Shown here in pieces: positions 20,579-30,211 of a DNA stretch of 64,000 nt. The notes under the pieces were generated by a model. It saw only the letters and a program-made list of their open reading frames with translations. It was not told where the DNA came from and made no database searches. The position numbers and the translations under genes were made by a program. How positions within the stretch are numbered: position 1 is the stretch's first letter; each line of letters begins with the position of its first letter. Source of the DNA: Candidatus Daviesbacteria bacterium (GTDB lineage: Bacteria; Patescibacteriota; Microgenomatia; Daviesbacterales; UBA10151); the NCBI GenBank assembly GCA_016187035.1, contig JACPKL010000005.1:135150-199149 (forward strand). Reading direction: 5' to 3'.

Positions 20579-21669
20579 TGGATGGGAATAAAGATGCAAT
20601 CGAAAAAGGAGATTTAGGATATATTCATAACAAAGCTTCCGAAGAATTCAAAATTCTGAGCGGGAGTACAATTCTTTTTACAGGAGTTAATGGTTTTTTA
20701 GGATATTATTTTGTCAAATCTATTCTTGCTTGGAATAATATTTACCCGGCTAAAAAAATTATCGTATATGCACTGGATACTTTTAAAGCAAGAATACCAA
20801 AGTGGCTACAAAAAAGGGATGATGTAAAGATTCTTAAAAAAGATATAATAAAATACAAGCCATCCTCGGGTATAAGTTTTGACTATATTATCCACGCAGC
20901 CTCTATTGCCTCTCCAATTTTTTATCGTAAATATCCAGTAGAAACAATAAATGCCAATGTCATAGGTCTTTATAACATCTTATCCTATATGGTTAAGAAA
21001 CAAAAAACTATCAGAAAAGTTAAAGGATTATTATTTTTTTCATCTAGTGAAATATATGGAGATCCTACAGAAGGTAATATTCCGACTCCTGAAACTTATC
21101 GGGGAAACGTTTCCTGTGTCGGACCCAGAGCTTGCTATGATGAGTCAAAAAGATTTTGTGAAACGTTATGTGTTAATTATTCCAAAGTTTATAATCTTCC
21201 CATAAAAACAGCCAGGCCTTTTAATAATTTCGGACCGGGTTTAAAGATTACTGACGGTAGAGTTATTCCAGACTTTGCCAATGATATACTGCAAAATAAA
21301 GATATTACTCTGTTTTCTCAAGGATCACCTACCCGTACCTTCTGTTATATTACCGATGCTGTAGTAGGCTATATAAAGATCCTTATTAAAGGTAGGTGGG
21401 GTGAAGCATATAATATCGGCGTTGAAAGGGAGGAAATATCAATGATTGATTTAGCAGAAAAAATGAAAAATATAGCTATAAGGCACTTTGGATACTCAGG
21501 AAAGATAATAAGAAAAAAAAGTAAGGATCAGGAATATTTAACAGATAGTCCAAATCGTCGGTGTCCGCAAATAACCAAAGCAAAAAAAGAATTAGGGTAT
21601 GATCCACAAATAACATTGGATGAAGGATTAACTAATACACTGATTTGGTATGGGGAAAATATACGATGA
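20578..21669 (+). CDS. NDP-glucuronate decarboxylase (UXS/ArnA-like SDR)
   Basis: HAASIASP..Y, SSSEIYGDP, YRGNV..GPRACYDESKR, DGRVI and TRTFCY. ATG 20578 is coupled to the rfbF stop. Confidence 0.82.
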   Translation: MDGNKDAIEKGDLGYIHNKASEEFKILSGSTILFTGVNGFLGYYFVKSILAWNNIYPAKKIIVYALDTFKARIPKWLQKRDDVKILKKDIIKYKPSSGISFDYIIHAASIASPIFYRKYPVETINANVIGLYNILSYMVKKQKTIRKVKGLLFFSSSEIYGDPTEGNIPTPETYRGNVSCVGPRACYDESKRFCETLCVNYSKVYNLPIKTARPFNNFGPGLKITDGRVIPDFANDILQNKDITLFSQGSPTRTFCYITDAVVGYIKILIKGRWGEAYNIGVEREEISMIDLAEKMKNIAIRHFGYSGKIIRKKSKDQEYLTDSPNRRCPQITKAKKELGYDPQITLDEGLTNTLIWYGENIR

Positions 21670-23021
21670 AAATATCAATTGTAGGTACAGGTTATGTAGG
21701 TTTAATTACAGGATTATCTCTGGCGCTTTTAGGCCATCAGGTTATTTGTGTTGATAGTGACCAAAACAAAATTTCCAAAATAAATAATGGTTACTCCCCT
21801 TTCTATGAACCGGGGATGGATAAACTTCTTAAAAAAGAAGTAGCTAAAAAATTCCTTCAAGCAACAAATAATCTAGAAAGATCTATTTTGGAGTCCTCTG
21901 TAACTATTATTGCTGTGGGTACTCCCACAATTAAAAATAAAATTGATTTATCTTATATAAAAGTTGCTGCCAGACAAATAGGCGAGGCATTAGCTAAAAG
22001 TAAGAAATATCATGTAGTTGCGGTTAAGTCTACAGTTTTACCCGGAGTTACAGAAAGATTAGTTAAACCAATATTAGAAAAATATTCCAAAAAGAAGGTT
22101 GGCAACAATTTTGGAATATGCATGAACCCAGAATTTTTGAGAGAGGGATGTGCAATAGAAGATGCATTACATCCAGATAGAATTGTAATTGGTCAAATTG
22201 ACGAAAAAAGCGGGAAAGAATTTGCCAAGATCTATAAGAAAGTTTCCGCTCCAAAAATATTTACTAATCTTTGGACGGCTGAAATGACAAAGTACTCTGC
22301 TAATGCATTACTGGCTACACTAATCAGTTTTTCAAATGAAATTGCCAGAATAGCAGAACAGACCGGTAAAGTTGATATTGTTGATGTTTGGCAGGGAGTA
22401 CACTTAGACAGAAGACTCAGTCCATATTATGGTAATAAGAGAATCAAACCCGGAATACTGAATTATATTTTTTCCGGATGCGGCTATGGAGGCAGTTGTT
22501 TCCCTAAAGATATCCAGGCGCTAGCCACTTTTGCAAAGGAATTGGGAAATCCCGCTCCTTTGCTTAATTCAGTTATCAATATCAATAAAACCCAGCCGCA
22601 CAGACTAGTTTTACTGCTAAAAAAAGCGCTGGGGGAGAACTTGAAGCAGAAAAAAATTGCTGTTTTAGGCCTTGCCTTTAAGCCTAATACTGACGATGTC
22701 CGTCAGTCACCGGCATTTCCGATTATTAGTCAACTGATTTCTCAGGGAGCTAAAGCCATTGTTCATGATCCAATGGCTTATCAGAAAACAATACCGGAGC
22801 AACTAAATAATCCATCCGTAATACTAGCCAAGAGCACTGAGGAAGCAATCAAAAATGCCGATGCGGTTATTCTGGTCACCGCCTGGAAGGAATACCTCAA
22901 ATTGTCCCCCCATTTCTTTAAGAAAAGTATGAAACTTCCTATTGTGATTGATGGAAGGAGAGTCTACGATAAAGCCTCTTTCTTGCAAGCCGGAATCTTA
23001 TATAAAGGAGTAGGATTATGA
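21666..23021 (+). CDS. ugd: UDP-glucose/GDP-mannose 6-dehydrogenase
   Basis: GTGYVG, VGTP, KSTV, NPEFLREG, catalytic GGSCFPKD, and GLAFKPNTDD. Confidence 0.9.
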   Translation: MKISIVGTGYVGLITGLSLALLGHQVICVDSDQNKISKINNGYSPFYEPGMDKLLKKEVAKKFLQATNNLERSILESSVTIIAVGTPTIKNKIDLSYIKVAARQIGEALAKSKKYHVVAVKSTVLPGVTERLVKPILEKYSKKKVGNNFGICMNPEFLREGCAIEDALHPDRIVIGQIDEKSGKEFAKIYKKVSAPKIFTNLWTAEMTKYSANALLATLISFSNEIARIAEQTGKVDIVDVWQGVHLDRRLSPYYGNKRIKPGILNYIFSGCGYGGSCFPKDIQALATFAKELGNPAPLLNSVININKTQPHRLVLLLKKALGENLKQKKIAVLGLAFKPNTDDVRQSPAFPIISQLISQGAKAIVHDPMAYQKTIPEQLNNPSVILAKSTEEAIKNADAVILVTAWKEYLKLSPHFFKKSMKLPIVIDGRRVYDKASFLQAGILYKGVGL

Positions 23022-24292
23022 ATTATCCTAAACATCATCTAGTAAAAACAGGGTATATCGTCTGTTGTCAAGTATGTGATTCTCGTAAACTTCATATTAT
23101 TCTTGACTTAGGATACCAGCCGTTATGCGACAGTTTGCTAACCAAGGAGAAGCTCAATGAGCCGGAGAAAACCTATCCTCTAAGGATGATGTGGTGTGAG
23201 AATTGCACTCTGGTTCAAATTGATTACTGTGTTTCAGGAGAAGAAGTTTATCACCCGGATTATCCTTACAGAAGCGGGATCACTAAAGAGCTGGCACAGT
23301 ATCAAGAAAGCATGGCCTCATCTTTGGTTAAGGAGTTTAATCTGCAACAAAATGATTTGGTAATAGATGTTGGCTCAAATGACGGCACCCTTCTAAAGGG
23401 ATTCAAAAAGCTGGGAATTAACGTGTTAGGGATAGAACCAACTAATATTGCTAAGATTGCGAATAAAAGTGGAATAAGAACAGTTCAAGCCTTCTTTGAT
23501 ATCAAAACTGCAAAAGAAATTAAGAAAAAATATGGAAACGCTTCTTTAATTATTACAACCAATACATTTGCCCATATGCAAACATTAGGAGAATTTATCA
23601 TGGGAGCATATTACTTATTAAAAGATGAAGGGGTGTTTGTTAACGAGACTCATTACTTATTAGATGTTATAAAAGGGGGGCAATTTGACACCATTTATCA
23701 TGAACACTTAAGAACTTATTCATTAAAATCCCTTATAGCTTTATTTGGCCAATATGATTTTACTGTCACAGATGTTGCAAGAGGGGATAGATATGGAGGG
23801 AATATCCGTGTATATGCAACAAAAGGAAAGGGTAAAAAAGTGAGTCCGCAGGTGAGTAAGTTATTAAGATTAGAGAAAGGATTTGGATTAGACAAACTTG
23901 AAACCTTTAAAAAATTTGCCACTCGTGTTAAAAAAGCCCGGCTGGAGTTTATGGACTTTCTAATTAAAACTAAAATGACTGGTAAAAGTATTGTGGGAAA
24001 CTCCTGTCCTGGCAGGTGTTCAACGCTTTTAAATTATTACGGCGTAGATTCTGAGTTGTTGCCCTATTTGGCTGAACAACCCACCTCCTTAAAATTAAAT
24101 ATGTATTTACCTGGTAAACATATACCTGTTGTAAATAATCAAAGGCTAATTGACGAGCAACCAGATTATGTAGTTATTTTAGCCTGGCATTATGCCAAAC
24201 CTATTATGGAACAATTAAAGATAAGAGGTTTAAAATCAGATTTTGTCATTCCCCTACCGGACTTTAAAATAGTCAAAAACTTAAAGGTGTGA
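23018..24292 (+). CDS. NDP-sugar C-methyltransferase (TcaB9/NovU/EryBIII-like)
   Basis: CQVC...DLGYQPL, CENC, YPYRS, DVGSNDG, FDTIYHEH and LAWHY. Confidence 0.88.
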   Translation: MNYPKHHLVKTGYIVCCQVCDSRKLHIILDLGYQPLCDSLLTKEKLNEPEKTYPLRMMWCENCTLVQIDYCVSGEEVYHPDYPYRSGITKELAQYQESMASSLVKEFNLQQNDLVIDVGSNDGTLLKGFKKLGINVLGIEPTNIAKIANKSGIRTVQAFFDIKTAKEIKKKYGNASLIITTNTFAHMQTLGEFIMGAYYLLKDEGVFVNETHYLLDVIKGGQFDTIYHEHLRTYSLKSLIALFGQYDFTVTDVARGDRYGGNIRVYATKGKGKKVSPQVSKLLRLEKGFGLDKLETFKKFATRVKKARLEFMDFLIKTKMTGKSIVGNSCPGRCSTLLNYYGVDSELLPYLAEQPTSLKLNMYLPGKHIPVVNNQRLIDEQPDYVVILAWHYAKPIMEQLKIRGLKSDFVIPLPDFKIVKNLKV

Positions 24293-24296
24293 GACT

Positions 24297-25238
24297 TTGG
24301 TAAATAAACTGAAAGACATTAAGCCACTAATAATTGGTATTGGGATTGCTGGGAAAAGGCATCTGGAGGCGCAACTTAATTTGGGAATTAAAACAGGGGT
24401 TTACACTACTAATCCTCAAACCTCTCAGTCTTTGAAAAAACAAAAGAATGTAATTGTTTTTAATAATTTACAGGATGGGTTGGATTGGTCTAATTTGGTC
24501 CATGTATGTACACCTGATGATAAGCACACAGAGTTTGTTGCTACAGCACTTAAAAAAGGAAGGGCAGTTCTTTGTGAAAAGTCTTTTACTACTAATTTTC
24601 AAGATGCTCTCAAATTACAAAAGTTGGCTTACAAATATAACTGCCTGCTGGTTGTTGGTCAAAATTATCGTCTTACCCCCACTTTTGCAGAAACCAGAAA
24701 AAGGATTTTAGAAGGACAAATTGGTGCTGTTACCAATATTGAAACAACATACTATCATGATAAAAATGAATATCAACAAAGATACCAGGATAAATATTTC
24801 CTTTATATCGGTGGTTCACACGCTGTTGATCTAGCGTGTTGGGTGATAGGTGAGCAAATAATAAGCATACAAGCAGTTTCAGAAAATGAGCTAAATTATC
24901 AAATATCAGTAAAATTTTCTTCTGGTGTTTTGGCAAATATTAGATTAGATGCTAGTTCTCCTCAGTCCAGAAACGGATCAGATTTAAAAGTTTTTGGTAC
25001 GGAGGGGAAACTAGTAAGTCATAATAAACTAGATAAACTCGTATTTTACGAGAGAGGAAATAGAAAACCTCAATTGAGTAAGTTTCCAAATATCAAAACT
25101 TATACAATAGCATTAGAAGTAAAAATAATTGATGACTATTTGTTGGGTAGAAGAAATTCTTATTGGCCACTACCCAACGTAGACGAAGCTATTAATACTA
25201 TGAAGATATTAGATACTGTTGGAAAAGCCATCTCGTAG
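24297..25238 (+). CDS. Gfo/Idh/MocA oxidoreductase
   Basis: GIGIAG..H, CTPD..H, VLCEK and GSHAVD. Confidence 0.85.
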   Translation: MVNKLKDIKPLIIGIGIAGKRHLEAQLNLGIKTGVYTTNPQTSQSLKKQKNVIVFNNLQDGLDWSNLVHVCTPDDKHTEFVATALKKGRAVLCEKSFTTNFQDALKLQKLAYKYNCLLVVGQNYRLTPTFAETRKRILEGQIGAVTNIETTYYHDKNEYQQRYQDKYFLYIGGSHAVDLACWVIGEQIISIQAVSENELNYQISVKFSSGVLANIRLDASSPQSRNGSDLKVFGTEGKLVSHNKLDKLVFYERGNRKPQLSKFPNIKTYTIALEVKIIDDYLLGRRNSYWPLPNVDEAINTMKILDTVGKAIS

Positions 25239-25257
25239 ATTAACAGCTATAGATAAT

Positions 25258-26196
25258 TTATTTTGGATTAGTTGTAAGATACAAAACTGTTTCTGTAATT
25301 GCCTCCTTGATTGATTTTTTTGGTTTCCATCCTAATCTTTTCAATTTATTTATTGATAATAATACAAATTCATTATCTCCTTTCCAATTACTTTCCTTTC
25401 CAAGCCAAATTTTTTTTACACGATTTAAATTTACAGTTTGTAAAATAGTATTAACAATTTCTGAAACAGTTAATATTTCGGTGTGACCTATATTGTAAAT
25501 ATTAATTTGATCTTTTGATTTCTCAATTATCTTAAACATTGCTTCAATCCCATCGAAAACAGACAAGGAAGATTTTTTGGGTGAGCCGTCAGAGAGAAGT
25601 TTTATTGATTTAGAGTTTTGTTGCAGTTTTTTTAAAACATCGAAAATAATTCCATGAGTGTATCTAGGACCCAAAAATGAAACAAATCTGAAGATATAGG
25701 ATTGGAAATCATAATAAGATGAATAAGCATGAATGTAACTTTCACAAGCAGCTTTTGTTGCTCCATATAAAGATGTTGGATGAAAAGGATAATCTTCTGG
25801 GGTAGGATGTATTGTTGCATCACCATAAACAGAGGAAGTAGAGGAAAAAGCTATCTGTTTAATTTTATTTTTACACATAGCTTCTAAAATATTGTGAGTT
25901 ATTTCCAGATTTTCTTCATGGTCTATAAAACGATTATTAATTCCAGATCTAACATCAGCATGTGCTGCTAAATGGAAAACAAAATCAATATCTTCCATTG
26001 ATGCCATTAAGATTTTTTTATTGGAAAGGTCTGCATCTATTAGTTCAAAGTTCTTTTTTTTAAAATGATCTTGGATAAAAATTTTTCTGCCAGTTGAAAA
26101 GTTGTCATATACACGAACCATATGACTATCTTTTAGTAATTTGTCTACTACATGAGAACCAATAAATCCCGCCCCTCCTGTAACTAAATATCTCAT
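25258..26196 (-). CDS. NAD-dependent NDP-sugar epimerase
   Basis: TGGAGFIGSH, HLAAHADVR, STSSVYG, YGATK and YTHG. Confidence 0.88.
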   Translation of the reverse strand: MRYLVTGGAGFIGSHVVDKLLKDSHMVRVYDNFSTGRKIFIQDHFKKKNFELIDADLSNKKILMASMEDIDFVFHLAAHADVRSGINNRFIDHEENLEITHNILEAMCKNKIKQIAFSSTSSVYGDATIHPTPEDYPFHPTSLYGATKAACESYIHAYSSYYDFQSYIFRFVSFLGPRYTHGIIFDVLKKLQQNSKSIKLLSDGSPKKSSLSVFDGIEAMFKIIEKSKDQINIYNIGHTEILTVSEIVNTILQTVNLNRVKKIWLGKESNWKGDNEFVLLSINKLKRLGWKPKKSIKEAITETVLYLTTNPK

Positions 26197-27170
26197 ACTA
26201 TATTTTTTTGATATAATTTTTCAATTATACCCAGAACATACATAGCTTCCTTAATACTAGTATTGTTATAGTCTTTCTGTTTAATTTTGTTGAAAAAAAG
26301 ATTATTTTCATCTTTCCAGGAAGTATCTTCATCAGTAAATTCAAATTCTTCTTTATCTGGTGGTCCCATCTCAGGCCTCATCTTATATAAAATCAATTTT
26401 TCTTTACCGTAGCTTCCTCCCAAACCATCGATCTGGATTTTGGCATTTTGTAGCATAATTTCAAAAGAAAAAATATTTTTCCATTCAACACATGTTACAG
26501 ATAAATCAGCAACTTGGTTTTTCTTATTTCGAAGCTGAAAAAAAGCAGCATCTTCCAATTTTGTTTTCCAAAATAGATTGGTAATAAAACCTGTCGCTTG
26601 ATCCATTTCTCCACAAAAAAAGTTTACTAAATCAATTAGATGACAACCTTGATCAATTAATTCCCCTCCTCCAGAAACTTCTTTTTGAAATCGCCATTCC
26701 TTTTCATAGCCTAATCTACCTCCATGTCCATATCTTGCCCGGATAAACAAAATATTCCCAAACCTTTGAGAATCAATTAATTGTTTGGCTTTCTGTATAG
26801 CTGGATGATATCTATGGTTATATCCGTACATTACAACAATAGGATTCCTCTTATAAATTGTATATGTTTCTCTTAGTTGTTTAATATTTATTCCACCAGG
26901 TTTCTCAATTAAAACATGTTTCCCACTAGATATTGCTGAATTTGCAATCCTGGATAAGTTATTGTTTGTAACACTAATAAAGATTGCTTGGATTCTTTTA
27001 TCCTTGACAACTTTTTGCCAGCTCTTTTCAAATATACAATTAAATAGATAAGCAAACTCATTACCTTTTACAAGATCAATATCACAAACAGTTTTTAAAT
27101 TAACGTGCCCAGGAAGGGACTGTGCTCTTTTTTTGCCTATCAAACCTGTTCCAATTATGGCGACATTCAT
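26193..27170 (-). CDS. Gfo/Idh/MocA oxidoreductase
   Basis: GTGLIG, VLIEKP, GYNHRYHP, RYGHGGR and GGELIDQGCH. Confidence 0.88.
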   Translation of the reverse strand: MNVAIIGTGLIGKKRAQSLPGHVNLKTVCDIDLVKGNEFAYLFNCIFEKSWQKVVKDKRIQAIFISVTNNNLSRIANSAISSGKHVLIEKPGGINIKQLRETYTIYKRNPIVVMYGYNHRYHPAIQKAKQLIDSQRFGNILFIRARYGHGGRLGYEKEWRFQKEVSGGGELIDQGCHLIDLVNFFCGEMDQATGFITNLFWKTKLEDAAFFQLRNKKNQVADLSVTCVEWKNIFSFEIMLQNAKIQIDGLGGSYGKEKLILYKMRPEMGPPDKEEFEFTDEDTSWKDENNLFFNKIKQKDYNNTSIKEAMYVLGIIEKLYQKNIV

Positions 27171-28469
27171 TTATCCTACCCCCATTCCCAAATATATATA
27201 ACCACTCTCCTTATATAAATTAGCATCTATAAAGTTTTTGGTATCTATTATCACTTTATTTTTCATAAGATAAGATAATTTAGGTATACTTCTTTCTAGA
27301 AATAGGGGCCACTCAGTCATTAAAATTGCCAAATCCAGGTCTTTAAGAAAATCCTCCAAACTGGAGCAAATCGTAATATAAGGATGAGATTTGACATTAG
27401 TTTTAATAGACGGATCAAAAGCTTTTACATTCCCACCTCTTTTTTTGAGCTGAGCAGAAAGTTCTAAAGAAATAGATCGCCGTAAAGTATCGGTATTAGG
27501 CTTATAAGTTAATCCTAATAACCCAATATTTTTTTTCTTGAGTGATGGATAGATAGAATATATTTTATCTATCAGCACCGATAATCTATCCTGGTTAACA
27601 GAATAAACTGTCTCAAGTAATTTAGATTTATATTTTTTATCCTTAGCTATTTTTCTAAGTGATTGAATATCTCTGCCTAGAGTGCCGCCTGCAAAACCTA
27701 AGCCCGGATTAATTGGAGCGTATATACTTACTCTTTTATCAGTTTTCAGGGCCTTTATTACATCTAGCATATTAGCTCCAGTTTTTTCAGATAAATCAGA
27801 TATCTCGCTACTGAAAGAGATACATGTTGCTAAATAGCAATTTAGAGCATGTTTAGCCATCTCAGCGCTTTCCAGGCCCATTGTAATAATTGGGCATTTT
27901 AAAAATGAGAAATCCTTCATAAATTTATTTAAAGCACCTAAGTTATCAGATCCTAAGATAATTCTATCCGGATTCATAAATGACATAAAAGCATTTCCTA
28001 ATCTTAAATTCTCGGGAAAGTAAATAACTTTTGGATTTTCAATCCCCTTTCCCTTCAAAAGGTTTACCAGTTTTCTGGATGTGCCAATGGGAACTTGGCT
28101 GGAAATGACAATTATTGTTTCAGATGAAATATAATGGGTAAGTATTTTGAAGGTTTTACTAATGATCCCTGTCTGTACTATGTCGTGATTGTTTACTGGT
28201 ACGTCGTAAGTTATAAAAATATAAGCTTTATCCTTTATTAAATCTTTTACTTCAAAGCAAAAGGAGATATTAGTGTTGTATTTTTTTAGATATGTTTCAA
28301 GATTCGGTTCAAGAATTGGCAGGATACCTTTTTTAAGATTAGCTACTATTTTTTTATCCTCATCATATCCGAAGACATCAAATTCCGCGCTGGCTAAAGA
28401 TGTAAGATAGGTGCAGCCCAAATGCCAAAGACCTAAAATACCTATGGATAACTTATTCTTTTTTTTCAT
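27171..28469 (-). CDS. UDP-glucose/GDP-mannose dehydrogenase homologue lacking the catalytic Cys
   Basis: GLWHLG, PENLRLG, AEMAKHALN, GFAGGTLGRD (canonical GGxCxPKD) and GLTYKPNTD. Confidence 0.85.
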   Translation of the reverse strand: MKKKNKLSIGILGLWHLGCTYLTSLASAEFDVFGYDEDKKIVANLKKGILPILEPNLETYLKKYNTNISFCFEVKDLIKDKAYIFITYDVPVNNHDIVQTGIISKTFKILTHYISSETIIVISSQVPIGTSRKLVNLLKGKGIENPKVIYFPENLRLGNAFMSFMNPDRIILGSDNLGALNKFMKDFSFLKCPIITMGLESAEMAKHALNCYLATCISFSSEISDLSEKTGANMLDVIKALKTDKRVSIYAPINPGLGFAGGTLGRDIQSLRKIAKDKKYKSKLLETVYSVNQDRLSVLIDKIYSIYPSLKKKNIGLLGLTYKPNTDTLRRSISLELSAQLKKRGGNVKAFDPSIKTNVKSHPYITICSSLEDFLKDLDLAILMTEWPLFLERSIPKLSYLMKNKVIIDTKNFIDANLYKESGYIYLGMGVG

Positions 28470-29334
28470 AGAATAACTCTTGGTCTATTCTCCTAAGTTT
28501 ATATAAATTTCCACTTATTTTTTTTACTTTTCTTAAACTTTCTGGCGGGTTCCACTTGGCGCTAAGTAGTCTTCCACTGATATTATCTGAGTTGTTTGAA
28601 GCTAAAAATGTTACTAATTTTGCAGCAGAGATTGGAGGAGTACCACCTTCTTCTTTCGCTCTGATAGCTTGTTCGTACATTTCCCTGCCACTTTTTTTAG
28701 GACCCTGTTTAATTAGATATTCATTTAAATATGTATTAACAGCGCCCGGAGAGATGGAATTTACCTGGATATTTTTTTCCCTAAGTTCATCAGATAAAAC
28801 TTCGCTAAATCCTGCTATGGCAAATTTTGAAGTAAAGTAAGATGTAAAATTGGACATTGTTTTATTACCGCCCACTCCGGCTCCGCATAAATTGATAATT
28901 TTTCCTCCACCATTTTTTTCCATTACCGGAATTACCAAGTGAGAGCAATAGACTACGCCTAACAAATTAATTTCCAAAGCTTTATGCCACTCATTTAAGT
29001 CAATTTTTTGCAAAGGTCCAATCGGTCCATAAACGCCGGCATTATTTACTAAAATATCTATCTTTTTTAATTTATCTTTAGCGAATTTTATTAACTTTTT
29101 ACAATCACTTAAGTTTGAAACATCGCAAACTTTTCCAAAAGCTACAATATTATCTTTGTTAAGAATTTGTAAAGCTTTTTGCAGTTCCTGTTTGCTGCGG
29201 GAGCAAATTACTACTTCTGAGCCTTCATTTATAAATTGCTGAGCAATTGTAAAACCAATTCCTCTGGAACCACCCGTAACAACAACACATTTATTACGAA
29301 GTGACAAGCTCTTCTTATTTAATAGGGGGAACAT
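28453..29334 (-). CDS. Classical short-chain dehydrogenase/reductase
   Basis: TGGSRGIG, NNAG, YFTSK and PGAVNT. ATG 29334 preferred as start. Confidence 0.88.
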   Translation of the reverse strand: MFPLLNKKSLSLRNKCVVVTGGSRGIGFTIAQQFINEGSEVVICSRSKQELQKALQILNKDNIVAFGKVCDVSNLSDCKKLIKFAKDKLKKIDILVNNAGVYGPIGPLQKIDLNEWHKALEINLLGVVYCSHLVIPVMEKNGGGKIINLCGAGVGGNKTMSNFTSYFTSKFAIAGFSEVLSDELREKNIQVNSISPGAVNTYLNEYLIKQGPKKSGREMYEQAIRAKEEGGTPPISAAKLVTFLASNNSDNISGRLLSAKWNPPESLRKVKKISGNLYKLRRIDQELFYEKKE

Positions 29335-29335
29335 T

Positions 29336-30124
29336 CTATTTCTTTCCCTGAAGTTTTTTCCAGTCCAGGTCAAATTGTTCTATGGTTTCTATAGTTCTTT
29401 GGCTAAACAGCATAGCAAGCAGAATTTCCGGAGTAATTGTTACAATGTGGCCTCCTGCCGCAAAAGCCTCACCTACCATTGTAGCAGTTCTGATACTTCC
29501 GATAATGATTCTTGGATTTTCATAGCCGCCTTCTTTCAAAAATGAAACAGTACTTACCACTATATTTTTAGGATGGTTGTTAACAGAAGGTTCTAAGCCT
29601 ACTCTTTTATGATCAACCATGTAATCAAACCTTCCCCTGTATTTAACTTGATCTTCCAAAGATCTGCCCCAGAAAAGACTAATAAAGGATGGTTTTTTGC
29701 AGTTTTTGGTAGCAAGTGTTGAGACAATCATTTGTTCATAAGTCATGATAGCCGTAACATTTACAGCAATACTTAAAGAAACTAAAGCTTGTATAACCTC
29801 CAAGCTTTTAGTTGTTTCAGGAATTAAAGGGACCTTCACAACTATATTTGGAGATAGGGAATCTAATCTTTTAGCCTCAGCGATCATCTCTTTGACAGAA
29901 GCATTGCTATCAGTTAGCTCAACTGAGACTGGTTTTTTGTCCATTTCTTTACAAATTAATTTGACTATCTTATTAAAATCCTTCAAGCTGACTTCATCTT
30001 TCAACATTATGGATTGATTGGTAGTTACCCCGTCAATAATGCCTGTATAATTCCATTTTTTTATTTCTTCTATTTTTGAGGTATCTATGAAAATAGAACG
30101 TCTGAATGGATTTATATTTTGCAT
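29336..30124 (-). CDS. tal: Transaldolase (TalC/FSA-size family)
   Basis: DT, GVTTNQS, VSVE, Schiff-base Lys in IVVKVP, NVT, SLFWGR and GSIR. Confidence 0.82.
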   Translation of the reverse strand: MQNINPFRRSIFIDTSKIEEIKKWNYTGIIDGVTTNQSIMLKDEVSLKDFNKIVKLICKEMDKKPVSVELTDSNASVKEMIAEAKRLDSLSPNIVVKVPLIPETTKSLEVIQALVSLSIAVNVTAIMTYEQMIVSTLATKNCKKPSFISLFWGRSLEDQVKYRGRFDYMVDHKRVGLEPSVNNHPKNIVVSTVSFLKEGGYENPRIIIGSIRTATMVGEAFAAGGHIVTITPEILLAMLFSQRTIETIEQFDLDWKKLQGKK

Positions 30125-30135
30125 ATTTTATGACG

Positions 30136-30164
30136 ATTTTAGGGTATATTATTAAAAAGGTCAA
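30136..30164 (-). promoter_or_regulatory. Sigma70-type promoter of the transaldolase operon
   Basis: Minus strand: TTGACC (30164-30159), 17 nt spacer, TAAAAT (30141-30136). Confidence 0.55.
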
Positions 30165-30211
30165 GAAAACATTGTAATCACTTGCAAATTGTTATATTCT
30201 TTTGTAGAAAG

